Assembly (NCBI GenBank): GCA_951406725.2
Contig: OX597829.1
Location: 32,736,001-32,800,000, forward strand
Origin: Octopus vulgaris
Lineage: Eukaryota
DNA: 64,000 bases
Reading direction: 5' to 3'
Below the pieces are notes generated by a model that worked only from the letters and a program-made list of their open reading frames with translations, made no database searches and had not been told where the DNA came from. Both the position numbers and the translations under genes were made by a program. Below are positions 41,247-54,009 of this stretch, in pieces; the stretch's first letter is position 1, and the number at the start of each line of letters is the position of its first letter.

Positions 41247-42113
41247 TGTATGTATGTATGTATGTATGCAAGCATGCATGTATGTATGTATATATGTATA
41301 CATGCATGTATGTATGTACTTATGTTTGTTTGTATGCATGTATGCATGTATGTATGTATGTATGCATGTATGTACATGCATGCATGTATGTATGTATGCA
41401 TGCATGCATGTATGTATGAATGTATGTATGTATGTACATGCATGCATGTATGTATGTATGTATGCATGCATGCATGTATGTAAGTATGTATGTATGTATG
41501 TATGCATGTATGTATGTATGCATGTATATATGTATATATGTATGTGTGTGTATGTATGTATGTATGCATGCATGTATGTATGTTTGTATGTATGCATGTA
41601 TGTATGTATGCATGCATGCATGTATGTAAGTATGTATGTATGTATGTATGCATGCATGCATTCATGTAAGTATGTATGTATGTATGTATATATATATGTA
41701 TGTACATGTATGCATGCATGCATGTATGTATGTATGTATGTATGTATGTATGTATGTATGTATGTACGCATGCATGCATGTATGTAAGTATGTATTTATG
41801 TATGTGTGTATGTATGTATGCATGCATGCGTGTATGTATGTATGTATGCATGCATGTATGTATGTTTGTATGTGTGTATGTATGCATGTATGTATGTATG
41901 TATGCATGTATGCATGTATGTATGTATATATGTATGTATGTATGTATGTATGCATGTATGTATGTATGTGTGTGTGTATGTATGCATGCATGCATGCATG
42001 TATGTATGTATGTATGTATGTATGTATGTATGTATGTATGTATGTATGTATGTATGCATGCATTCATGTATGTATGTATGTATGTATGTATGTATGTATG
42101 TATGTATGTATGT
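40855..42113. repeat. ~1.25-kb degenerate (TATG)/(CATG)n array
   Basis: Directly visible. Confidence 0.97.
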
Positions 42114-42130
42114 ATTTCTTTTTTGCATAT

Positions 42131-43080
42131 CTAGACATGCTGATATATACTTAAATGATAAACTGGAAGGTTTTCTCCAGTTATGGCTTGGATTTGTAGT
42201 TTTCTAATCAGATTTCTCCTTTCTTGTTTTAAGAAGCATAATTTCTCAAAATTGGTATTTAGGCACTGTGTTGCATGTCCCAGTTCCCCAATAATTACAG
42301 GTATAAACCTGATCTTGTAATCTGGATAGAGTAACTGCACATTACTCAAAGGTTCAGCGTAGGTATTCTCTTTTTTCACTGATCTTTAGTTTTATGCTAA
42401 CATCCAGTGGGCAGCTGATTTCCACAACTGTACACAGTTTCTCTTCTCTATTTCAAACTATTATATCAGGTCTATTGTGTTTACATGTTATTGAGGTTTT
42501 CACTGGGACATTCCACCAGTATTCCTTTTTATTATGAGTGGTTATGGCTTTCATCATACCGTAATTCTTCGAGTATAGTCCGCCCTTGAGTATAATACGC
42601 AGGGGATTTTTAGGAGGCTGTACGTCTGAAAAACCTAAACCTTGTGTATAATACGCATCCTTTCTCTAACTTGAGTCGTGCATAGTTAAGCCAGCAGCAC
42701 CTAGTCGAACAAACACTTCCGCGCATGCGTGATACAATAATGGTGATGTTCTTAACCGTTATATGGGAAGGTAAATATGCTTGCAAATTGTTTTTGTACA
42801 TGTTATTCTGTGTTCTAAATACTTTTATTTTAATAAATGTTGCTTACTGCAAGTTATGGATGATTCTTTTATGACTTCCGCGCCCGACATCACAAAATGC
42901 GTCTGAATAAACATTGCCGGACAGCAAATAGAGACTCGGACATTGCTTAGAAAATAATTTTCATTTTTAACCTCGTATATGATACGCACTAGGGATTTTG
43001 ACCGTTAATTTTTTGGGGGAAAATGCGGATTATACTCGAGGATTTACGGTACTGTAGGTCTTATTTCTTTGTCCTCGGAT
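42131..43080 (-). mobile_element. Dong/R4-like 3' remnant interrupted by a MITE
   Basis: HNRPDI...EKLCTVVEISCPLD...KENTYAE...LLYPDYKIRFIPVIIGELG; the 3' end runs into the (CATA)n array. Confidence 0.82.
42559..43049. mobile_element. pogo/Tc2-like MITE with TA TSD
   Basis: TA|ccgtaattcttcgagtatagtccgc ... gcggattatactcgaggatttacgg|TA. Confidence 0.88.
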
Positions 43081-44660
43081 TTTGTTATGTATGTGTAAGT
43101 ATAGGTGTAGATATTGGCATGTGTGTGTGCAGATTTATGTATGTGTTTTTATTATACGTATAGTTTCATAAGTATATGTTCCTATATGCGCGTAAGTAGA
43201 TTTATTATTACTAGCGGGACCAATGAATATTTCACGGAATTAATGATAAACCTATTGGGCTATTTCTGAAAACTTTATCCAGAAAACATGAAAGCGTAGC
43301 CTGTGTTGTGTCAGTATGGAAAGATTGTCGCTCATCTGCTAATCATTGAAATGTGAAGAAAATTGGAATACGATGATTACTTAATACACTTTATATATAC
43401 ACTTTATATATCTCATACACAAGTTTATAGACTTAATACACAGCACTCATAAAATAAATATTCACTCTTATTTTTCCATTTTACCTATAAAAATATATAT
43501 ATCCCATACACATAATACAACCTTTAGGTAAATTGCATATAACTGCCATGTAAATAAGCGTGAATATTTCACGGAATTGCACTTAAGTGCATGCGTTAAG
43601 TGATAAGTGATATAAAAAAAAAAACTTAGTTCAATTAAAAACAAAAACATACTTTTCCTTATCCAATCAGCAACAGCAACACCACCACCACCTCCAGCCC
43701 CATCGTTTCTTTCTCCCTCCTCTCTCTTTCTCTCTCTCTCTCTCTCTCACTCTCTCTCTCACCCCACTCCCTTTCTTTGCCATTAATTTCACCATCAGGA
43801 CATCACCTCTCCGCTAAAATTACATTTTTAATTATCCTTCTCTACATCACTACTTTCAACTAAGTTTTTCGACCACGTAATAAATATTACGTTCCCCTTC
43901 ACTTCATGGACTCTTCACTCTCCGTCCTTTTCTCTCTCGTCTTTTCTTTCTCTCTCTTTCTGCCTTACTCTTCACCTTATCCTCTTTTTCTCTCTCCTTT
44001 TTCTTTCTCCTCTCTTTCCCTTCAACTAATCACGTGAAAGCGTTACAATTACATTCCCTCTGCTTCACGTCACGGACGCTTCTCTCTCCCTCTTTTTCTC
44101 CCTCCCTCCCTCTTTTCTCTCTCCCTCCCTCTTTTCTCTCTCCCTCCCACTTTTCTCTCTCCCTCTTTTTCTCGCTCCGTCTTTTCTTTCTCCCACTTTT
44201 TCTATAATCACGTGGAAGCGTTACTGACGGGTTAAGTCACACAATGGCAAGAAGAATTACGTGTATCCTTGTACACAAATGTGTGTATATAAAGAATTTT
44301 TTCCCCCAGCCTTTCCATTTTTATTACCTTTTAATGAGTTTGTGTCGTCTAACTAAATATAAATTTTTAAAAACTCTATTTTATTTATAACTCTTTATGA
44401 GGTAGAGCGTGACAGTACACTTTTTCTTATTTCTCCTCTCTTCTGCATTTCTCCTCCCACTATAATCTCTTTCTTCTCCCCTCTCCAATCCAGTCATCTA
44501 ACGGTCTCCTCTTTATTAGAGAAACCATTCTGGCGGAATTTTGGTCGCTAGTTTAAAATGGCACTTTTGACTTGTTGAGGTGTTCAAAATGTCATATTCC
44601 TACATGTTTTCATCTGATGAAAACGATATTTCGCTGTATGTAGTATTTCTATTCCTACAT

Positions 44661-44832
44661 AGGCGCAGGAGTGGCTGTGTGGTAAGTAGCTTGTTTCTCA
44701 ACCACATGGTTCCGGGGATTCAGTCCCACTGCGTGGCACCTTGAGCAAGTGTCTTCTACTATAGCCTCGTGCCGACCAAAGCCCTGTCAGTGGATTTGGT
44801 AGACGGAAACTGAAAGAAGCCCGTCGTACATA

Positions 44833-44863
<31 letters not shown>

Positions 44864-44895
44864 TTGTATTTCTATGTTTGTCCCCCAACATTGTG
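44661..44895 (+). mobile_element. tRNA-derived SINE family B (CORE-like), 3'-truncated
   Basis: ggcgcaggagtggctgtgtggtaag head and gtggcaccttgagcaagtgtcttctact core. Confidence 0.88.
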
Positions 44896-44900
44896 ACTAT

Positions 44901-44954
<54 letters not shown>

Positions 44955-44960
44955 CATACA

Positions 44961-44992
<32 letters not shown>

Positions 44993-45065
44993 AATATATA
45001 TACATCTATATACACATACACACATATATATATAATTTTATATTTATATATATATAGACACATAC

Positions 45066-45174
<109 letters not shown>

Positions 45175-45411
45175 TAGTGAGGAGGATTTGAAAATGCTGA
45201 GGTGTTTTAAAGAGGTTTATCGACTTGACCGGTTTCACATTTTTTTTTATATTTTCAAAAGTAAAATGCAAGGCTTGGTATAGCCGTTGTGGTGTTAAAA
45301 ATTAGTTAACATACATGTATTTAAATACAGTGATAGAGTCTTTGTCAATGATAAGAAAATGTTAAGAAGAGGCTTTGTGTTTAAACAGTTTACATTAAAG
45401 TGTTCAAAATA

Positions 45412-45678
45412 GGTATGTGGCGTAGTGGTTAAATGCGTGAGCTACTAACCCAAAAATTCCGAGTTCGATTTCAGGCAGTGACTTGAATAATAATAATAAT
45501 TATTATTATTATTATTATTATTACAACCACAACAATATCGAAAAATACCTTAGGCTCAAAATTTTCCCAAAACACCTGATGAAGGCTGGAGGGTATATCA
45601 GACGAAATGTTGTGTTAACAACACACAAGATGAGGACAAATATCCGTCAAATGTAAATAATGTAAATAATGTAAATAA
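45412..45678 (+). mobile_element. tRNA-headed SINE-like element carrying a hammerhead ribozyme and a (TGTAAATAA)n tail
   Basis: A-box tggcgtagtgg (45418-45428), B-box gagttcgatttc (45461-45472), (AAT/ATT)n linker, HHR at 45571-45616 and a tandem 9-mer tail at 45652-45678. Confidence 0.7.
45571..45616 (+). ncRNA. Minimal type I hammerhead ribozyme motif
   Basis: aacac-CTGATGA-a-ggctg gagggtatat cagac-GAAA-tg-TT-gtgtt; stem I aacac/gtgtt is perfect. Confidence 0.82.
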
Positions 45679-46160
45679 AGTTCATAAATGTTAATAAGAT
45701 CATCAGAAATCATAACTGCCTATAAGCATATGTAAAGAAAAAGTTTTTGCAGACAGTATTTGAGAGGAGAAAGCGTGCATTGCTTTGTCAAAAGTTCATC
45801 AGAAACCATAACTGTTTATAAGGATTTTAGAGGAATGACCAACCTTTTTTTCTTCATCTTTAATCTTGTATATTATGCTTTGCAAGGATGGTTGCTATTT
45901 TTAGAAATAGTGTGGAAGGTTGGTTGGCAGCAGTCACATCATTTGATTTCGAACAGTTTGTGGAATTAAAAGAATTTTTGCTTCTGAGTTAGTCTGCCAT
46001 GGTTCGGTGGATTTTCGACTAGTCTTAGAGTTCAAAATGGCGTGTATGTGTGTGAGTGCATGGGTCTGTGTATGCATGTGTTTTATATTTAGCAGGGTGG
46101 TGTGTGCGTGCACATGAGTATGATAGATAGATTTATAACTTTAAACCCCACCCCCACCCA

Positions 46161-46275
<115 letters not shown>

Positions 46276-46350
46276 GCAGCGTGGAAGGTGTTTATAAGCC
46301 ATTTAAAAACACACAAAACCCCTTAGATTCACTTCAACATCTAAATTTAA

Positions 46351-46401
46351 TTTGCCAAAATATTTTCGTCACTTTGAGACCGTGGCCTGGTCACTGACAA
46401 A
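46351..46401 (-). ncRNA. Minimal type I hammerhead ribozyme motif with G3-C8 core
   Basis: tttgtca-GTGACCA-g-gccac ggtctcaaa gtgac-GAAA-atat-TT-tggcaaa; 7-bp stem I and palindromic AATATT stem III. Confidence 0.65.
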
Positions 46402-46654
46402 ATATAACTATAACGATGAAGGGTACTAAAATAGTACCAGCAAGCTAGAAATAGAATTCAGAACGACTCTAAACCATTAAAAGTCACTCAAAAGCACTGG
46501 TGAAAGCGAGGAAAATGAGCAAATAGGTAAGCTGCTTTTCTATTTGCTCATTTTTCTCGCATTCACCAGTGCACATAAGTGATTTTTAGTGGTTTAGAGT
46601 CGTTTTGACTTGTTTCTAGCATGCTGGTACTATCTTAGTACCTTTCGTCATTAT

Positions 46655-46707
<53 letters not shown>

Positions 46708-46999
46708 AAAGGAAATGAAGAAAATGCTGACAAAATAATTTAAGTAATTTAAGTAATTTAATTAGGTGAAAGTTCTTTTTACCGGTTGCGCATTTGTTAT
46801 GCTTATCAAAAAGAGAGATGCGCAACCGGTAAAAAGAACTTTCACCTAATTAAATTACTTAAATTATTTTGTCAGCATTTTCTTCATTTCCCTTTTTATA
46901 TATCACAACTCGTGTTCCACATCTCCTTTTTTAAATATATATATATATACTTATATATATATATACATATGTATATATATATACATATGTATAAATATA

Positions 47000-47068
<69 letters not shown>

Positions 47069-47069
47069 T

Positions 47070-47125
<56 letters not shown>

Positions 47126-47329
47126 ATTATAGACTTATATTAATTTTTATCTCTACGGTTTTTAATGCATGCTAGCCATTGATATTGTTATTATTTTATA
47201 TTATAAGGATAATTTTATCCTTTTATATATGGCTAAAGTGAGGGTTGAGGAAAATAAAGCGTTGATCATGTTATATGAGCACAAATATGTCTCTTGTGGC
47301 CTACAGGTTCTTTGCAAGTATTTTGGCAA

Positions 47330-47810
47330 AGTTGGGGACTCAGTTTTCGAGTGTATGTGGATCATTTGCTATCAACATTGAGACCAACTTCGTGCAGCTG
47401 TGAAGATACGCTGACAAAACTCTGCTTCTCTAAATGGAAGCCTAATCAGTCATTGTGACTCTGTAGCACGACGGAAAGAATTAGATGCAACGCATGCAAT
47501 TCTCTGGATGTGACCAGAAAGATAAGGTTCGGGTATACAAGGGAGCTAGAAAGAAGTTAGCATTATATGCATGGAAACCGGTGGTACCTGCCCTAAATAC
47601 AGAAGTAAAGACTGGAATAGGATACAGAGAGTTTGTGACAAAGCAAACAGAGTGAATATATGGTACAAGGCCGACAAATATCAAATAGAACTAGCACGAA
47701 GTTTTAGGAAAGCTCTGAAGGAGACCAAAATCAACATTAAGATCGTTGAGAAGCCAGGAAGCTCCATTAGATCACAATTCACAGATCACATAGACCAACG
47801 TCCTGCTTTT
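47330..47810 (+). mobile_element. Penelope-like element remnant (RT thumb/linker region)
   Basis: MQRMQFSGCDQKDKVRVYKGARKK, then GTCPKYRSKDWNR...WYK...ELAR...INIKIVEKPGSSIRSQF, resembling the PLE post-RT pattern (SGY...LYR..W...WY...IKVVE..G.SI). Confidence 0.55.
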
Positions 47811-47924
47811 TTAAAAATACAGCTTTAACACAGGAAAACTTTATTCAGTATATTAATCGCAGTTGTCTTGTTTTGCTTTTCTTTCCTTCATTAGCTCCTG
47901 ATATTTAATCGAGTTCCAAGATAT

Positions 47925-48150
47925 TACTCTTTTCTCTTTTACTCTTTTACTTGTTTCAGTCATTTGACTGCGGCCATGCTGGAGCACCGCCTTTAGTCGA
48001 GCAAACCGATCCCGGGACTTATTCTTTGTAAGCCCAGTACTTATTCTATCGGTCTCTTTTGCCGAACCGCTAAGTGACGGGGACGTAAACACACCAGCAT
48101 CGGTTGTCAAGCAATGCTGGGGGGACAAACACAGACACACAAACACACAC

Positions 48151-48243
<93 letters not shown>

Positions 48244-48404
48244 TACGACAGGCTTCTTTCAGTTTCCGTCAACCAAATCCACTCACAAGACATTGGTCGG
48301 CCCGGGGCTATGGCAGAAAACACTTGCCCAAGATGCCACGCAGTGGGACTGAACCCGGAACCATGTGGTTGGTAAGCAAGCTACTTACCACACAGCCACT
48401 CCTG
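47925..48404 (-). mobile_element. SINE family B near-full copy with internal (TA)/(CA) microsatellite
   Basis: Head, core and 3' tail ...cagtcaaatgactgaaacaagtaaaagagtaaaagag all present in reverse. Confidence 0.92.
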
Positions 48405-48805
48405 TGGGGTTTTTTTTCAGAATCTAAGTCAGAATGATGAAACTGAAAATTCGGCAGTTAATCATTCTTGGCAACATTCCCGAGCAACAAACCCATCCTT
48501 TAGCATGAAATATTTTTAAGTGACGAGTTTTTTTGGACCCATTTAGATAATAAATTAAGGCAAGGTAGAAAGATAGTATTTTCTTTACAGTGATTCAACG
48601 TCGTTCTACCATATGTTACCGACCTGCTGTCAGCCCTACCTATATGCAACCAGCAACATTGCAGATGTTTTCTGAAAATCAATGACCGTGGACGTCACGG
48701 TTAACATCTTTCTAACGGTCGTCTGAAACTTCAAAAAGTATCATCATCATTAGCACATATAATATATATATATATATGAAACAATTCATTTTATGACGTC
48801 AATGA

Positions 48806-49301
48806 TACATACATATATGCATACATACATACATACATACATACATACATACATACATACATACATACATGCAAACATACGTACATGCATGCATACATAC
48901 ATACATACACACATACATACATACACACACACATACATACATACATACATTACATACATACATACATGCATACATACATACATACATACATACACACACA
49001 CATACATACATACATACATTACATACATACATGCATGCATACATACATACATAAATACATACATACATACATACATACATACATACATACATACATGCAT
49101 GCATACATACATACATACATACATACATACATACATACATACATACATACATGCATACATGCATACATACATACATACATACATACATACATACATACAC
49201 ACATACATACATATATACATACATACATACATACATATATACATACATACATACATACATACATACATACATACATACATACATACATACATACATACAT
49301 A
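48806..49301. repeat. Degenerate (CATA)n array
   Basis: Directly visible. Confidence 0.96.
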
Positions 49302-49797
49302 GCACCTCAGAAAAGCAGCAGGCGGTAACTTAATAACAACTAACCACACGGCGACCACTAAAGTGGAATTCTTTAGTAGGGAATGATTTTTCCGACAAAC
49401 ATGAACTGATCTGAAAAAACGCTATACAGATAAGCAATGTCAAAATTGAACAATCAACGAATTAGCAAGATAAACAACGACAACCGTAAAAAAACCCGGC
49501 TTAATAAAGCATTAAAAATCAGCCAACGGAAAAGATATCCAGAGGCAAAAGAAGGAAAGTGCTATGGTGGGTACAAAACCAGTCCAAGTACTAAAAGAAA
49601 TTTCAACCTGAACATCGCAGTGGGTGGAACTCGTATCACGGACCAAAAAAATTAGTATGAATGTGTGTGTGTGTGTGTATCTGTCTGCCTGTCTGTCTGT
49701 CAGTGTATGTGTGTGTATGTGTGCATGCGCAGGTGTGTCTGCATATGTCTGTGTGTATACTTGTACATGTATGTACATATGTTTATACGTATATATA

Positions 49798-49949
49798 AGC
49801 TGTGCGGTAAGTAGCTTGCTTACCAATCACATGGTTCCGAGTTCGGTCCCATTGCGTGGCACCTTGGGCACATGTCTTCTACTATAGCCTCGGACCGACC
49901 AAAGCCTTGTGAGTGGATTTGGTAGACGGAAACTGAAAGAAGCCCGTCG

Positions 49950-49982
<33 letters not shown>

Positions 49983-50173
49983 CTGTGTCTGTCTGTCTGT
50001 CTGTCCCCCCCAACATCGCTTGACAACCGATGCTGGTGCGTTTGCGTCCCCGTAACTTAGCGGTTCAGCAAAAGAGACCGATAGAATAAGTACTAGGTCC
50101 TGGGGTCGATTTGCTCGACTAAAGGCGATGCTCCAACATGGCTGCATTCAAACGACTGAAACAAGTAAAAGAG
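49798..50173 (+). mobile_element. SINE family B copy
   Basis: Aligns with the reverse complement of 47925-48404. Confidence 0.9.
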
Positions 50174-50219
50174 TATGTCTGTATGTATGTATGTATGTAT
50201 GTATGTAAAAGCGCGTTGC

Positions 50220-50452
50220 TTATTGTTTAGTATAATCGGCTCACGATCACAAGGTTGTGAGTTCGATTCCCGGTGGTGCGTTGTTCTTGAACAAGACACT
50301 TAATTTTACATTTATCCAACCCTCTCTGCTGACAAAAATGAGTAGTACCTATATTTTCCAAGGGCCAACCTTGTCACATCCTGTATCACACTGAATCTCC
50401 CCGACAATTACCGTAAGGGTACGCGAGTCTTGTAGAGTTTCACGAACAGGCT
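50220..50452 (+). mobile_element. Diverged tRNA-derived SINE sharing the family C 3' module
   Basis: B-box gagttcgattccc, CORE-like cttgaacaagacact, then aagggccaaccttgtcac...ctgaatctcccc...aagggtac as in 12756-12820. Confidence 0.6.
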
Positions 50453-51304
50453 GCGAAAATTATATGAAAAGCAAATGCGTATTCGATTAGAATTTTGTTT
50501 TCCCTCTGTTGAGATATCAAGATGTATATGTTGTTATTCGTTAATTTATTTAAATGATGAATCACTATATGTTGAGTTTTTTTATGCTCAGTGCATTCAG
50601 CATGGTAACCATACATATGCAACTGCATGGAGAAATCATTTATATATGCAACTACTGATACAACTGATATTGACCGATACATCATTGATGATATGATTGC
50701 GAACCAGATAAAGGGCCGGGGTCATCAACATAATTATACCCTTAAAACATTCCAGAAAATTAGAAACATAATACGCCATATCATTCAATGCTGATATTTA
50801 TATTTTCTAAGTGCCATATTCAGAGTAATCATATATAGTCTCTATAATCCTTGTACTCCGATGAAAAAAAAATTAAACACACTGAATTAATATTTTCACT
50901 ATATATGGTTAGGTACTAAAAAAAATTTAATACAGCAAATTGAAAAATTGAATAATAACACTAGAGCAAACATTTAATTTTCATTCTTTTTTTCTCTTCA
51001 TCTAATACCTAATGCAATAATATGTATTAGAATTAGCCCATCATTAAAATAAATTAACTAATAACAACATATAAATCTTCTGTTGTGTCCGGGGAGAGTC
51101 ATTTTCTTTTTGTGCCTTATAATGTAACACACTCACCGGTAAAATTTCCACTTATTTCTTATTTTTATTTTCCTACGAACTCATATAAAGAATCTTGCAA
51201 ACCAAATCCCAAAACGAAACATATAAATCTTGATATCCCAATAGAGGGAAAACGAAATTCCAAGCGAATATGCATTTGCTTTTCATATAATTTTCTGAGT
51301 TGTT

Positions 51305-51359
<55 letters not shown>

Positions 51360-51701
51360 TTTTACATTTTCTTTCAAATGATATCTCACTTCACCATTAG
51401 CTAACAAGCGCAGACATATATAAATGGATGTAAGAATACTTCCAAATAAACATACAGTAAAACAAGTATATATGTACCCATGAATATATATTAAGCCATC
51501 CAAATGAACAAGCTAATATACAGATAAATGCATACATATATTTTGTTGTGTCTAGGAAAAGTCATTACGCTAATATTAATAATCAATTTAAAAGAATTCT
51601 TAAATTCACAAACACACAAATACACGATGACCCTTAAATATGCACGAACGTGTATACTGAAACATTTAGACAAAGTGATTATGCAGTGGTAATAAACTCT
51701 T

Positions 51702-51925
51702 CTGGCAGAAACGTTAGCGCGCCGGGCGAAATGCTTGGCGGTATTTCGTCTGCCGCTACGTTCTGAGTTCAAATTCCGCCGAGGTCGACTTTGCCTTTCA
51801 TCCTTTCGGGGTCGATAAATTAAGTACCAGTTACGCACTGGGGTCGATGTAATCGACTTAATACCTATGTCTGTCCTTGTTTGTCTCCTCTGTGTTTAGC
51901 CCCTTGTGGGTAATAAAGAAATAGG
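51702..51925 (+). mobile_element. SINE family A, slightly 5'-truncated, young-looking copy
   Basis: ctggcagaaacgttagcgcgccgggcgaaatg...cccttgtgggtaataaagaaatagg. Confidence 0.92.
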
Positions 51926-52172
51926 TCTTCAGCGAAGAAACACACCTCAGTTAGGCAGAAGGTCTTCAGCGAAGAAACACACCTCAGTTAGGCAGAAGGT
52001 CTTCAGCGAAGAAACACACCTCAGTTAGGCAGAAGGTCTTCAGCGAAGAAACACACCTCAGTTAGGCAGAAGGTCTTCAGCGAAGAAACACACCTCAGTT
52101 AGGCAGAAGGTCTTCAGCGAAGAAACACACCTCAGTTAGGCAGAAGGTCTTCAGCGAAGAAACACACCTCAG
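51924..52172. repeat. Perfect 37-bp tandem repeat (6 full units plus 27 bp)
   Basis: Unit ggtcttcagcgaagaaacacacctcagttaggcagaa starts at 51924, 51961, 51998, 52035, 52072, 52109 and 52146; no spacers. Confidence 0.97.
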
Positions 52173-52357
52173 GCGAGTGTTTTGACCCTTAACTTTGAAC
52201 ATTCTAAGAGAGCCCTTCCGCTGAAACTTTTTAGCCACTTTGATATCGAAGACTTGAATGCATTTAAACCGCTTGGTGATAGTAACTCTCCGTTGACCCA
52301 GCTTTCAAACTTTTACTTGAAGAAGAAATAACGCTGGTTGTCATGGTAGATGTGAAA

Positions 52358-52452
52358 CGTATGCATGCGTGTATGTATGTATGTATGTATGTATGTATGT
52401 ATGTATGTATGTATGTATGTATGTATGTATGTATGTATGTATGTATGTATGA

Positions 52453-52485
<33 letters not shown>

Positions 52486-52858
52486 TTTATGTATGTATGT
52501 ATGTATGAATGTATGTATGTATGTATGTATGTATGTATGTATGTATGTATGTATGTATTTATGTATGTATGTATATATGTATGTATGTATGAATGTATGT
52601 ATGTATGTATGTATGTATGTATGTATGTATATATGTATGTATGTATGTAGTGTGTATGTATGTATTTATGTATGTATGTATGTATGTGTGTGTGTATGTA
52701 TTTATGTATGTATGTATGTGTGTATGTATGTATGTATGTATGTATGTTTGTATGTATGTATGTATGTGTGTATGTATGTATGTATGTGTGTATGTATTTA
52801 TGTATGTATGTATGTATGTATGTATGTATTTATGTATGTACGTATATATGTATGTACG

Positions 52859-52892
<34 letters not shown>

Positions 52893-52902
52893 TGTATGTA
52901 TG
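52358..52902. repeat. Degenerate (TATG)n array
   Basis: Directly visible. Confidence 0.96.
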
Positions 52903-53542
52903 AATATATGTGTGTTTGGTTGTGTGTATGCGTGTATGAGATTTCTATGTCCAGTGCCTTCAAACGGTATGGAGGTTGTTTTGTTCCTCCTTGACCAGTT
53001 CCCACTGGAACACCATTTAGAAAAAGTAATTACGCAAACACAAGAGTCTTTTAGAACGCACATCATACAATTCAAACGCAACAAAGAAAGATATTACTTT
53101 TCCTGGTTTTCATTTATATCTTAAAGCAACGCAAATTGAGCGATTAAGCAACATTAACTGCAGAACCAAACTTTGATGGCACTATTAATAGGAATTTAAA
53201 GAAAGGTTAACGTGTGTTTGCGTTTGTTTGTATGTCTACACTATGTACATCCACTCCGCACACATAAATATGTAGGCATATATATATATATACGTAGAAG
53301 TAATTATATGGCACAACGAAGTACCGATGTTTACTGGAAATAGCGAATTTTTTCAAGTTTGTTGCACTCACGCATTTTTGCTAGTACATACGCGGTGAAG
53401 CTATACATTAGCGTCGTATTATTACGTTCGCTATTTCCAGTAAATATCGGTACTTCGTTGTGCCATATATTTACTTCTATGTATAATTTTTCCTCACGGG
53501 CTATTCTTTACTGGAAAGTAATACTCTAGTATTGCATTACTA

Positions 53543-53596
<54 letters not shown>

Positions 53597-53681
53597 AGAA
53601 TTCACAAAAAAACAAAAGACGAAGACTGGTGGTGTAGACAACAAACAGATGTATTAGTATAACGCTCGGGGAGGGAAAAGT

Positions 53682-53717
53682 CTTTAACGTTTCGAGCCTA
53701 CGCTCTTCCACAGAAAG
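53682..53717 (-). ncRNA. Minimal type I hammerhead ribozyme motif (A6U variant) in a solo pLTR between (TA)n tracts
   Basis: cttt-CTGTGGA-a-gagc gtag gctc-GAAA-cg-TT-aaag; the surrounding 53595-53795 is homologous to 18898-19060. Confidence 0.72.
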
Positions 53718-53797
53718 GAACACAGAAACAAGGAGAGAAAATTAAGAATGTGTAGTGGCTAGCGATCCATCATGGCGAATGTCGAACAGAAGGGTTA

Positions 53798-53907
<110 letters not shown>

Positions 53908-54009
53908 AGAAACAGACAGACCAACAGAAAGACAAAGAGACAGTAGACAGACATACTGAGAAAAAGGAGATATATGATGATCGTCAACTCGATTTCGAGT
54001 ACATCCACT

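Noticed and set aside
40670-42207. Long ORFs (up to 465 aa) of HTYI/YVCM repeats, and similar ones throughout
   Set aside because: Translations of stop-free (TACA)n/(TA)n/(CA)n microsatellites, not genes.
43209-44340. Possible Helitron-like element with CT-rich tracts and short direct repeats (gaatatttcacggaatt; tcacgtg.aagcgttac)
   Set aside because: Ends could not be defined; too weak to call.
44606-44624. CTGATGA in gttttcatctgatgaaaac
   Set aside because: Short local palindrome with no stem II/GAAA arrangement.
51924-52172. 37-bp repeat as a CRISPR array
   Set aside because: Units are contiguous with no spacers, there are no cas genes, and the context is eukaryotic.
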